From a virus (taxonomy: Duplodnaviria; Caudoviricetes): a DNA stretch of 52,255 nt. The translations under genes were made by a program, and so were the position numbers. Below the pieces are notes generated by a model. The model did not search any database. It was not told the DNA's origin and saw only the letters and a list, made by a program, of their open reading frames with translations. Where the stretch lies: IMG/VR virus record IMGVR_UViG_3300025099_000030, positions 1-52,255 of that record. The stretch is one strand, 5' to 3'. Positions 16,445 to 26,025 of this stretch are shown here, piece by piece; position 1 is the stretch's first letter; every line of letters starts with the position of its first letter.

Positions 16445-18805
16445 ATGGCAGAAGCTACAGGACAAGTTACCCAATTTCCCAGCCAATCGGTTGACGATGC
16501 TACTAAAGCTAGCAAAGACTACGGAATGGAAGTGGCGCGTGGTATACAAAACGAATGGTTTAGAAAATCATCTGGCACAGGAAGATTCGTACAAAATCAA
16601 CGAGACTTTCATAAACTAAGATTATATGCTAGAGGTGAGCAATCTGTTCAGAAATATAAAGATGAATTTTCTGTAAATGGAGATTTATCTTATCTTAATC
16701 TTGACTGGAAACCAGTACCAATTATACCTAAGTTTGTAGATATAGTTGTTAACGGTATGCAAGATAGATTGTTTACAGTTAAAGCTTTTGCACAAGACCC
16801 TACATCTGTTAAGGAAAGAACTAATTTTGTAGAAATGATGCTTGAGGATATGAATACTCAAGAGTTAATTACACAAATAGATGAAACTTTAGGTGTTGAT
16901 GTAAGAAATGTAAAGCAAGAAGACTTACCGTCTAATAAAGAGGAGTTAGAGCTTCACATGCAAATAGGTTATAAACAATCTATTGAATTAGCCCACGAGC
17001 AAGCTATTGACAATACTTTTAAACGGAATGCCTATCACGAAATAAAAAAGAGGTGTGATTACGATCAAACTGTTTTAGGCATTGCAGCTGCCAAGCATAC
17101 ATTTAATAATACAGACGGTATAAAATTAGAATATGTTGACCCATCAAATTTAATATATTCATACACCGAAGATCCTAATTTTGATGATGTATATTATTTT
17201 GGCGAAGTTAAACAAATTAAATCTAATGAGCTTAAAAAACAATTTCCAGAATTAACAGATGAAGAGTTTGAAGACATTATAAAAAAATCGTCTAATTATA
17301 ATAATTATGACTATGTAGATAATGATTCAAATGATGCATTTGATACAAATACATTGACCGTACTATATTTTAATTGGAAAACTTGGGAACAAAGTGTATA
17401 CAAAATAAAAGAAACATCTACTGGGGCTAAAAAAGCTATAAAGAAAGATGATAAGTTTAACCCTCCTAAAGATCAAAGAACTAGATTTGAAAAAGTAGCT
17501 CAGGCTATGGAAACTATATACGAAGGTGTATTAGTATTAGGTTCTAACAAACTTTTAAAGTGGCAAAAAGCTACTAATATGGTTAGGCCCGATTCTAACA
17601 TTAACAAAGTAATGATGAATTATATTGTTAGTGCTCCTAGAATGTACAAGGGTAAAATTGAAAGCTTAGTTAGTAGAATGGTTACTTACGCTGATTTAAT
17701 ACAGCTTACGCACTTAAAGCTACAACAAGTAATACAAAGAATGACACCATCCGGTGTTTATTTAGACGCTGATGGATTAGCTGAAATAGATTTAGGCAAC
17801 GGCACAAATTATAATCCGCAAGAAGCTTTAAATTTATACTTCCAAACAGGATCAGTTATAGGTAGATCTATGACAGTCGATGGTGATATGAATCCTGGCA
17901 AAGTACCAATACAGGAACTACCTGGTGGAGGAGGACAACAAAGCCAAGCATTAATACAAGCATATAATTATTATTTGCAAATGCTTCGTGATGTTACCGG
18001 ATTAAACGAGGCAAGAGATGGATCTGATCCAGACCCATACGCTTTAGTAGGCGTACAAAAATTAGCTGCTGCAAATTCTAATACAGCAACTAGGCATATA
18101 TTACATAGTTCTTTATATATTACAAGCACTTTAGCAGAAGCTATATCTGTAAGAATAAAAGACGTGTTAGCATATCATCCGCAAAGAGACGCGATGATTG
18201 GAGGTATTGGAAGATTTAGCGTAGGTGCTTTAAAAGAAATGGATAATTTACATATGCATGACTTTGGTATTTTCTTAGAGCTAGACCCGGACGAAGACGA
18301 AAAACAACTTGTAGAAAATAACATACAAGTAGCATTGTCAAGAGATCAAATACATCTTGAAGATATAATTGATATAAGACAAATAAAAAATATAAAGCTA
18401 GCTAATCAACTACTAAAATATAGAAGAACTAAAAAAGAAGCTACAGACCAGTTAAAAGCGGAAAGAAATATTGCGGCACAATCGCAAGCTAACGCTAAAG
18501 CTGCTCAAGCCGCTGAAATGGCTAAGGCCCAAGCTGAAAATATGAAAGTTGAAGCTAAAGGCAAACTAGCTCAGTTGCAATCTCAGCTTGACATTCAAAA
18601 ATTAGATTCAGAGGCGCAAACAAAGCGTGAGCTAATGCAATACGAATTTGATTTAAATATGAAGCTTAAAGGAATGGAACTTGATGCAAAAAAACAAATA
18701 GAATTACAAAAGCCAGTATCAAATCCTGAACCTAAAAAAGCTTTTGAGTCTAGTGGCAACGATGTTTTAGGTGGAATAGATCTTAGTAGATTTGAACCTA
18801 AATAA
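16445..18805 (+). CDS. portal protein
   Basis: Follows TerL; PVPIIPKFVDIVVNG, DVTGLNEARDG, long C-terminal coiled-coil barrel as in P22-type podovirus portals. Confidence 0.88.
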   Translation: MAEATGQVTQFPSQSVDDATKASKDYGMEVARGIQNEWFRKSSGTGRFVQNQRDFHKLRLYARGEQSVQKYKDEFSVNGDLSYLNLDWKPVPIIPKFVDIVVNGMQDRLFTVKAFAQDPTSVKERTNFVEMMLEDMNTQELITQIDETLGVDVRNVKQEDLPSNKEELELHMQIGYKQSIELAHEQAIDNTFKRNAYHEIKKRCDYDQTVLGIAAAKHTFNNTDGIKLEYVDPSNLIYSYTEDPNFDDVYYFGEVKQIKSNELKKQFPELTDEEFEDIIKKSSNYNNYDYVDNDSNDAFDTNTLTVLYFNWKTWEQSVYKIKETSTGAKKAIKKDDKFNPPKDQRTRFEKVAQAMETIYEGVLVLGSNKLLKWQKATNMVRPDSNINKVMMNYIVSAPRMYKGKIESLVSRMVTYADLIQLTHLKLQQVIQRMTPSGVYLDADGLAEIDLGNGTNYNPQEALNLYFQTGSVIGRSMTVDGDMNPGKVPIQELPGGGGQQSQALIQAYNYYLQMLRDVTGLNEARDGSDPDPYALVGVQKLAAANSNTATRHILHSSLYITSTLAEAISVRIKDVLAYHPQRDAMIGGIGRFSVGALKEMDNLHMHDFGIFLELDPDEDEKQLVENNIQVALSRDQIHLEDIIDIRQIKNIKLANQLLKYRRTKKEATDQLKAERNIAAQSQANAKAAQAAEMAKAQAENMKVEAKGKLAQLQSQLDIQKLDSEAQTKRELMQYEFDLNMKLKGMELDAKKQIELQKPVSNPEPKKAFESSGNDVLGGIDLSRFEPK

Positions 18806-18836
18806 AAAATTATTAATTATTATATATTATTAAATT

Positions 18837-20063
18837 ATGGCAGAATGGAAAATTAAAGGTGCTGCTGAAGACGTTGAACAAAAGTCAGCACAAGAACAAG
18901 AACAAGCTGTTTTAGATAAAGCAGTTGAAGAAGGTAAGATTGAACCTGAAGCCGCGGGCAAAGAGGTTGATGAAGTACCAAAGATTAACTTAGACGAATT
19001 AAACAAAGAAGAAAATGCCGTTCAAGAGCGAGAAGCAGAGGAGGTTCCTGTGGAAGATGCACCCGGAGATAGCAAAGAAGTGGAGCAAAAAGTACAAGAA
19101 CAAACCGAAGCCAAAGAAACAGAAGAGCAAGACTCGCCGCTCGAGCTCATCAAAGACGAAGAAGAAGCGGTAGAAACCAACCAACCTAAAGTAGACGAAA
19201 GAGCTGCTCAAGTAAACGAACAACCAAAACCTGCAGAACCCGAAGTTGTACTTCCGGAGAATGTAGACAAGCTTGTTAAGTTTATGGAAGAAACGGGTGG
19301 TAGTGTTGAAGACTTTGTTTTATTAAATAGAGATCTATCAAAATATAACGATGGCGATCTATTGCGAGAATATTATAAACAATCTAAACCTTGGGACACA
19401 CAAGAAATTTCTGAATATATGGAAGATAATTTTTCATATAGTGAAGAAGAAGATGAACCAAGAGAAATACGCTCTAAGAAAAGAGCGTTTAAAGAAGAGT
19501 TATTTAATGCTAAAAAGTTTTTGGAAGGAAACAAAGAGAAATATTATGCTGATCTCAAGTTGAAGAAGCAAACAGATATTCCTCAGGAGTACCAAGAAGC
19601 TTTAGAGTATTACAATACATATCAACAGAACACTGAATCAAGCAAACAACTTACTGAAAGTTTTTTACAAAAAACAGATAGTGTGTTTAGTCAAGATTTT
19701 AAAGGGTTTGATTTCCAAGTTGGAAACAATAAATACCGTTATAAAGTCAACAATGTTAATGACACAAAAACACAGCAATCTGATATAAATAATTTTGTAA
19801 AAGAATTTTTAGGTGACGATGGCCAAATTAATGACGCTAAAGGTTACCATAAAGCATTGTTTACTGCAAGAAATGCAGATAAGCTAGCTGAACATTTTTA
19901 TGAGCAAGGCCGTGCCGATGCTCTACGGCAATCCGCTAAGGAGGCTAAAAATATAAATATGGATCCAAGGCAAGAGGGTGTTATTAAAACAGCTTCAGGC
20001 CAAAAGTTTAAGGTTGTTTCTGGTGATTCTAGTTCTAAACTAAGAATGAAACTAAGACAATAA
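18837..20063 (+). CDS. putative capsid scaffolding protein
   Basis: Very acidic, disordered N-terminal half; between portal and major capsid gene. Confidence 0.7.
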   Translation: MAEWKIKGAAEDVEQKSAQEQEQAVLDKAVEEGKIEPEAAGKEVDEVPKINLDELNKEENAVQEREAEEVPVEDAPGDSKEVEQKVQEQTEAKETEEQDSPLELIKDEEEAVETNQPKVDERAAQVNEQPKPAEPEVVLPENVDKLVKFMEETGGSVEDFVLLNRDLSKYNDGDLLREYYKQSKPWDTQEISEYMEDNFSYSEEEDEPREIRSKKRAFKEELFNAKKFLEGNKEKYYADLKLKKQTDIPQEYQEALEYYNTYQQNTESSKQLTESFLQKTDSVFSQDFKGFDFQVGNNKYRYKVNNVNDTKTQQSDINNFVKEFLGDDGQINDAKGYHKALFTARNADKLAEHFYEQGRADALRQSAKEAKNINMDPRQEGVIKTASGQKFKVVSGDSSSKLRMKLRQ

Positions 20064-20080
20064 CTTAAAAATTTATTACA

Positions 20081-21532
20081 ATGGCTATTACAACTGGCAT
20101 TGAACACTTAACCCCCTCGGCAACTAAGGGGTCATTATTTCAAGGTAATTATATTACCGATTTCGATTTTACAAAACAATTTTTACCTGATGTATACGAA
20201 AAAGAAGCTGAGATTTACGGAAATCGCTCTATCTCTTCTTTTCTACGTATGGTATCAGCTGAAATGCCATCCACTTCTGATGAAATCAGATGGGTTGAGC
20301 AAGGAAGACTACACACCCGTTATACCAATGTAGTTATTGGTAGTGCTAGCGGTACTGGTGAGTCTGTATTTACAGTTACTTTCGCTGCTAAGCCTGATGG
20401 TACTGCTTATGCTGCTGGAGATGCTCCTGCTATTAGAGCTGGGCAAACTATTATGGTACAAGGACTAACCGGGGCAGGAGCGGCTACAGGACCTGTTGTA
20501 AAAGGAGTTGTTACCGTTGCTGGAGCTGCTGCTTCTGGCGACACCGGAACTTTTACTGCTGTTGCTTATACAGCTGCTAACTGGACAGGTGTTACTGGAG
20601 CTAGCGGGTATGCTAAAGCAAACGTGCTAGTATATGGATCTGAATTTGCTAAAGGAACCGACGGAATGGTTGGCTCCCTAGATTCTGACTACAGCTCTTA
20701 CACTAACAAGCCTATTATCCTAAAAGATAACTACGCTATCAACGGATCTGACACTGCTCAGATTGGTTGGATTGAAGTTACTTCTGAAAATGGCGCTTCT
20801 GGTTACCTATGGTACCTAAAGTCTGAGCATGAAACCAGACTAAGATTTGAAGATTACCTAGAAATGTCTATGGTAGAAGCAGTTAAGAAAACTGGCTCTG
20901 CTGGTTCAGCTGCTGCTAATTATAGCGGTTCTGAAGGTTTCTTTGCTGCTCTTGAAGCAAGAGGTAATGTATACACAGATCTTTCTACAGATCTAGCATC
21001 TAACATGACCGGCTTTGATAACATTCTTAAGCAACTAGACAAGAATGGAGCTATTGAAGAAAACATGATCTACAGCAACAGAGCTTTATCTCTAGCTATT
21101 GATGATGCGCTAGCCGCTAAAAATTCTTATGGATCAGGTGGTACTTCTTATGGAGTATTTAACAATTCTGAGGATATGGCATTAAATCTAGGATTTTCTG
21201 GATTCAGAAGAGGTTCTTATGACTTCTACAAAACTGACTGGAAATATCTAAATGATTTTGCTACTAGAGGTGGTTTCGGTGATGTTGAAGGAGCTATTAT
21301 TCCTGCAGGTACATCTACTGTATACGACCAAGATTTAGGTAAAAACATCAAGCGACCATTTTTACACGTACGTTATCGTTCTTCTGAAACTGATGACAGA
21401 AAAATGAAAACTTGGATTACTGGATCAGTTGGAGGTGCATATACTTCTAGCTTGGACGAAATGAGAGTTAACTTCTTATCTGAAAGATGTTTAATTACTC
21501 AAGGAGCCAACAACTTCTTCTTATTGAAGTAG
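20081..21532 (+). CDS. major capsid protein
   Basis: Position after portal and scaffold, 483 aa, strongly biased codons (gct/ggt/act), IRWVEQGRLH E-loop-like start, followed by a hairpin. Confidence 0.85.
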   Translation: MAITTGIEHLTPSATKGSLFQGNYITDFDFTKQFLPDVYEKEAEIYGNRSISSFLRMVSAEMPSTSDEIRWVEQGRLHTRYTNVVIGSASGTGESVFTVTFAAKPDGTAYAAGDAPAIRAGQTIMVQGLTGAGAATGPVVKGVVTVAGAAASGDTGTFTAVAYTAANWTGVTGASGYAKANVLVYGSEFAKGTDGMVGSLDSDYSSYTNKPIILKDNYAINGSDTAQIGWIEVTSENGASGYLWYLKSEHETRLRFEDYLEMSMVEAVKKTGSAGSAAANYSGSEGFFAALEARGNVYTDLSTDLASNMTGFDNILKQLDKNGAIEENMIYSNRALSLAIDDALAAKNSYGSGGTSYGVFNNSEDMALNLGFSGFRRGSYDFYKTDWKYLNDFATRGGFGDVEGAIIPAGTSTVYDQDLGKNIKRPFLHVRYRSSETDDRKMKTWITGSVGGAYTSSLDEMRVNFLSERCLITQGANNFFLLK

Positions 21533-21541
21533 TAAATTAAT

Positions 21542-21576
21542 ATAGCGGAGGGTGGTTACGGCCACCCTTTAGCTAT
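21542..21576 (+). terminator. stem-loop after major capsid gene (terminator or mRNA stabiliser)
   Basis: ATAGC-GGAGGGTGGT-TACG-GCCACCCTTT-A-GCTAT; UNCG loop; weak U-tract. Confidence 0.7.
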
Positions 21577-21595
21577 TATCTTATTAAATTATATT

Positions 21596-22321
21596 ATGAA
21601 AAATTGGGAAATTAAAGATAGAACTTATATTCTTAAAAACGGTATGTCACCGTTGACATACAAAATTAAAAGCACGGGCATGCTGTGGTTTGATGAAGCT
21701 AAAGGTATTAATAGAGAAATACGGTATGCAGAAAATCAAAAGTCATTATTTGTTGATGAACAAGATGGTTTTGCCCAACTTAAACATATAGTATTTCAAG
21801 ATGGCGCGATTGTAGTGCCTAAATCACAACCTTTACTACAACAATTATTATCATTATATCATCCAGATAGATTAAACTTATGGGAAGAAATTGACAATGT
21901 AAAAGAAGCTGTTGATGATATAAGTATTATAGAGTTAGAGTTAGAAGCATTAAAATTAGTACAAGAGCTTGATGTTGAGCATCTTGAAGCTATACTTAGA
22001 ACTGAAATTGGTTCTGATGTAACAACAATGTCTTCTAAAGAAATAAAAAGAGACTGTTATTTGTTTGCTAAAAGCGATCCAGAACTATTTATTGAGGTAG
22101 CAAAAGACGAAGATATTAAGCTTCGTAACTTAGCTAATAGATGTGTAGAAGCTGGTATTGTTAAACTAACAGATGATAATACAGTATTCAAATGGAGCAC
22201 AAATGGTAAGAAAATTATGACTGTACCATTTGATGAACATCCATACGCAGCGTTTGCGCGATTCTTAAAAACAGATGAAGGCGTAGACGTTATGAAAGCT
22301 ATTGAAAAGAAACTTTCATAA
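21596..22321 (+). CDS. conserved hypothetical protein after capsid gene
   Basis: Clean 241-aa ORF, context only. Confidence 0.75.
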   Translation: MKNWEIKDRTYILKNGMSPLTYKIKSTGMLWFDEAKGINREIRYAENQKSLFVDEQDGFAQLKHIVFQDGAIVVPKSQPLLQQLLSLYHPDRLNLWEEIDNVKEAVDDISIIELELEALKLVQELDVEHLEAILRTEIGSDVTTMSSKEIKRDCYLFAKSDPELFIEVAKDEDIKLRNLANRCVEAGIVKLTDDNTVFKWSTNGKKIMTVPFDEHPYAAFARFLKTDEGVDVMKAIEKKLS

Positions 22322-22328
22322 AATACCA

Positions 22329-22356
22329 GGTTATAGTTATTCGGTTAACTATAACC
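22329..22356 (+). terminator. perfect 11-bp inverted repeat (hairpin)
   Basis: GGTTATAGTTA-TTCGGT-TAACTATAACC just after stop; no U-tract on +. Confidence 0.55.
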
Positions 22357-22377
22357 ATCTAATAAATAAAAATAATA

Positions 22378-23082
22378 ATGGTAAGCATAGACAACGTTTA
22401 TAAAACAGTATTAAACATACTTAATAAAGAAAATAGAGGTTATATTACGCCAGCTGAAATTAATTCGCTTGCTAACCAGGCTCAAAATGAAATTTTTGAA
22501 GGTTATTTTTCTTTAAGGAACTATGTTGTTTCTAATGACTCAGATTACTCAGATATTAGAAAAAATGTAGAAGAAAAAATAGCTTTGTTTGAAAACGAAG
22601 AAACAATAAGCGCTGGAACATTTTCTAATGCTGCAGGTAATACTACTTCAAGCTACTATGCTTATCCTTCTAACTTTTTCAGGCTAGGTACTGTATCTAC
22701 AAATGCTATACACGCAAGTGAAGTGTCAAGCCAAAAAATATTATATCTAAATAGATCGCCGCTTACTAAACCTACAGTAAATAACCCTGTATACGTTAGA
22801 CATGAGGGTGGTGTAGTTATGTACCCAACGGCTGGAATAACTAGTATAGATATAAATTATATAAGAAAACCTGCTGAAGTAAAATGGGTTGGAGGTACTA
22901 CAGCCGGCCAAGTGGTTGCTAATCTTAGCGCTTCTAATTATCAAAATTTTGAGCTGCACGCATCCGAAGAGCACGAACTAGTAGTTAAAATATTATCTTA
23001 TGCGGGAGTAATTATAAGAGCTGCAGATATAACTCAAGCTGCGGCAGCAAAAGAACAACAAATAATACAATCTGAACGATAA
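22378..23082 (+). CDS. putative tail tubular / ring (adaptor) protein
   Basis: LNKENRGYITPAEINSLANQAQ...YIRKP...HELVVKIL resembles podovirus and crAss-like ring proteins; context. Confidence 0.65.
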   Translation: MVSIDNVYKTVLNILNKENRGYITPAEINSLANQAQNEIFEGYFSLRNYVVSNDSDYSDIRKNVEEKIALFENEETISAGTFSNAAGNTTSSYYAYPSNFFRLGTVSTNAIHASEVSSQKILYLNRSPLTKPTVNNPVYVRHEGGVVMYPTAGITSIDINYIRKPAEVKWVGGTTAGQVVANLSASNYQNFELHASEEHELVVKILSYAGVIIRAADITQAAAAKEQQIIQSER

Positions 23083-24026
23083 TGGCAGAATCAAGAAAAA
23101 TATATACTAGTCAACAATATTACGCAAACTTTGAGGGTGACGCTGGTAATACTCCTGCTAATTTTAAAGGTTTAGGTTATTATAGTAGAACTAGTTTAGA
23201 GGATATTATAAATAATTTTATTGTTGCATATATTGGCGAAGATAAAGCTCTTGCTAAAGTTCCTCGCTATGAAGTAGATTTCTGGGCGCAAAGAGGTATG
23301 CAAGAATTTAGTTATGATATTTTGCATAGTGAAAAAAGTGTAGAAATAGAATTAGGATCAACTTTGCAGTTTCCATTGCCGCAAGATTATGTAAATTATG
23401 TTAAGGTTTCGCAGGTGGGTGAAGATGGTAAAAAAGATATTTTACTACCATCAAGAAAAGTAGATAATCCGCTAGCTCCTTTGCAGGATGGGGACCATGA
23501 TTTTTTATATGACAGTAACGGTGAACTTCAGGTTGCAGCTAAATCAACTGCAATTACTAGATTTCAAGATCCTAATAACCCAGCTAATAGAACAAGGTCT
23601 TTAGAAGATAATTATAACTATGATGATGATGATTTTCCTTATCTTAATAAAAGATACGGAAGTAATCCTGAAGATATGTCAGGAGCTGGTACATTTTTTA
23701 TAGATAACGAGGCGGGTGTAATATTTTTTGATAGTACCTTTAGTGGGAGACCTGACAACCTAATCATTTTAGACTATATTTCTGATGGTATTGCAGATAA
23801 TGGAGACTTATCTAAGGTATATGTTCCAAAGCTTGCTGAGGATGCTTTATATGCTTACATGTTATATAATTTATCAAAGCTAAGACCATCAACAGTACAG
23901 TTAGCACCTTTATATAAAAAAGAAGCTAGCTCTAAAATGAGAAATGCAAAAATAAGACTTTCAAATTATAAGCTAGAAGAAATGGCTCAAGTACTACGAG
24001 GCAAAGCTAAATGGATTAAACATTAA
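23082..24026 (+). CDS. putative tail ring / structural protein
   Basis: LPQDYVNYVK...LDYISDG motif; coupled to previous gene. Confidence 0.6.
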   Translation: MAESRKIYTSQQYYANFEGDAGNTPANFKGLGYYSRTSLEDIINNFIVAYIGEDKALAKVPRYEVDFWAQRGMQEFSYDILHSEKSVEIELGSTLQFPLPQDYVNYVKVSQVGEDGKKDILLPSRKVDNPLAPLQDGDHDFLYDSNGELQVAAKSTAITRFQDPNNPANRTRSLEDNYNYDDDDFPYLNKRYGSNPEDMSGAGTFFIDNEAGVIFFDSTFSGRPDNLIILDYISDGIADNGDLSKVYVPKLAEDALYAYMLYNLSKLRPSTVQLAPLYKKEASSKMRNAKIRLSNYKLEEMAQVLRGKAKWIKH

Positions 24027-24036
24027 ATAAAATTAA

Positions 24037-25776
24037 ATGGCAGAAAGCAAAAGAACGTTTCAGTCCGCTAAAATGGACAGAGACGCAGATGAAAGAATAC
24101 TAAGACCTGGCGAATATAGAGATGCTTTAAATATTAGTGTAGATTTTTCAGAAGACGGCAATGTTGGAGCCATTGAAAATTTGAAGGGTAATGAGCTTAT
24201 AGCTAATCAAAATATATATGGATTATCTTCTACAACTAATCCAAATGCTAAGGTAGTCGGGTCTTATGCCCACCCTGAAGAAAAAAAAATATATTATTTT
24301 GTTACAGGGGATAAAGCTGATGGAATTTTTGAATATGATGTTCAAAATAACTCAGTAAGTACAGTACTAATAGACTCTAGGCAAAATATTAAAGAAGACC
24401 TTTCTTCTTTAACTTTTCAAAAAGCTAATGTTTCGGCTATTGTGAAACAAAATGGAACAATTATTCCTACAGCCTTAATTGGTGAATTAGCTGTTGACAC
24501 AGCTAATTTTACACCAAATACAACGGGCTCCGCAATATCTAGAAAAATTTCTATTAGAGTTAGAGTTCCTAATAATTATGAAAATGCAGGCAGATATGTT
24601 TCAGGTGTAGTTACCGCATCTCAACCAAGTATTACAGTACCTGAAGTTTTTGCTAATGACGCAACTAAAATATCCGAAACTACTGCTCAATTAAATGGGG
24701 GGCTAACAAATAATAGCGTAAATGTTACTGCAATAGGTTTTTACTATGGCTACAATACAGGAGGCACTGCTTTGACTTTATCAGAATTACAAAGTGGCGG
24801 AACAGGCGTTACAAGATTTACTTCTACAGTGTCGCCAGTAAAAAGTGATTTTAATACTACAGCCACTTCTTTAGTTAATAATAAACTAATTAGCTTTGTT
24901 GCTTTTGCTACAAACAGTGTAGGAACAAGCACTAGTGCGATAAAAACTTTTACAACGAAAGTAAGCCCACCTATAAATAGAATAAGCGGCTCAGAGTATG
25001 TTGTTGTGCCTGTTATTGATGATGATAATGCAAATGCAACTATTGACGAAATTAATGATAGAAATGTAGGGTACGGGTCTTATTTTAAAGATTCAGGCTA
25101 TGCGTTTTTAAATATATCAGCGCCTTCATCAGATGGCCTTGAAGCAAATAAAACTGATATTGACGGATTACAAAATGCCGTTGCAGGTCAACCAGTTACT
25201 TCTTCTTTTTCTTCTAGTCCTTCAGGCATACAGTTTAGAGCCGGGACAGGCCCAGGAATTTTGGGAAGAGCTACTATACATTTAGATAATATGGCAGCTA
25301 ATACAACATATGAAATTACTATTCCAAATATTGGTAACATAGCTTCTAAAGTGGTGCGTGTAAATAATGGAAATCCTTCGGGCACATATCATACTTCAAC
25401 ATTAAATTTAAATTTAAGCGGAGTGTTTGTTGCTAAAGCAAGCCTTGGCTCGGCATATAGATATAATGTTTCACCCGCCCCCTCAGCTTCTTATGTGTTA
25501 GGCCCAGTTTCTTCAGGTGAAAAAGCTCAATGCATAATACCTTTAAATAACGTAAACACTACCTTTACAGTAGACGCCGCACAGGCATTTGTTAGCGCTT
25601 TTGACCCTACAAAATTAGCCGTAACAGTTTCTGGAAAAACTGAGGGTGTAGATTATAACTACTACATTGAAAATACATCAATGGCTATATTTGGCAATGT
25701 ACCAGGCATAATATTTGAGGGAACACCTTCTTTACTAGGAACAACCCCAACAGTTAATATAACATATACACCATAA
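24037..25776 (+). CDS. tail nozzle/stabilisation protein, N-terminal fragment plus appended beta-sandwich domains
   Basis: KMDRDADER...GEYRDALNI...GAIENLKGN...YYFVT matches the nozzle N-terminus as I recall it; FN3-like domain at about 24640-24960. Confidence 0.65.
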   Translation: MAESKRTFQSAKMDRDADERILRPGEYRDALNISVDFSEDGNVGAIENLKGNELIANQNIYGLSSTTNPNAKVVGSYAHPEEKKIYYFVTGDKADGIFEYDVQNNSVSTVLIDSRQNIKEDLSSLTFQKANVSAIVKQNGTIIPTALIGELAVDTANFTPNTTGSAISRKISIRVRVPNNYENAGRYVSGVVTASQPSITVPEVFANDATKISETTAQLNGGLTNNSVNVTAIGFYYGYNTGGTALTLSELQSGGTGVTRFTSTVSPVKSDFNTTATSLVNNKLISFVAFATNSVGTSTSAIKTFTTKVSPPINRISGSEYVVVPVIDDDNANATIDEINDRNVGYGSYFKDSGYAFLNISAPSSDGLEANKTDIDGLQNAVAGQPVTSSFSSSPSGIQFRAGTGPGILGRATIHLDNMAANTTYEITIPNIGNIASKVVRVNNGNPSGTYHTSTLNLNLSGVFVAKASLGSAYRYNVSPAPSASYVLGPVSSGEKAQCIIPLNNVNTTFTVDAAQAFVSAFDPTKLAVTVSGKTEGVDYNYYIENTSMAIFGNVPGIIFEGTPSLLGTTPTVNITYTP

Positions 25777-26024
25777 TGGCACAATTTCAAATAGCACCAG
25801 CAACAGAAACATCTGCAACAGTATCATTTACTACAGCCACTGGCATAAGAATAGATTCTATAGACAATAAATATAGTATGAATGTTAACTTTGAAGAAAA
25901 TCAGGTTATACCATCAGGGGAAACTCTTTTTGTAGAAACAGAATTTGCACCAAAAAATTTAGAGGTAATTGATGGTGTTAGGCAAAATGACGGTTATGTT
26001 ACCGTAGAATATACAGAAATATAA
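25776..26024 (+). CDS. small hypothetical beta-rich protein
   Basis: 82-aa ORF coupled (TAATG) between nozzle fragments. Confidence 0.65.
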   Translation: MAQFQIAPATETSATVSFTTATGIRIDSIDNKYSMNVNFEENQVIPSGETLFVETEFAPKNLEVIDGVRQNDGYVTVEYTEI

Positions 26025-26025
26025 T

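Noticed and set aside
18806-18836. AT-rich intergenic TATTA/TAAATT strings as a phage late-promoter motif
   Set aside because: Cannot be distinguished from the A/T-rich translation initiation regions typical of Bacteroidota without statistics or TSS data.
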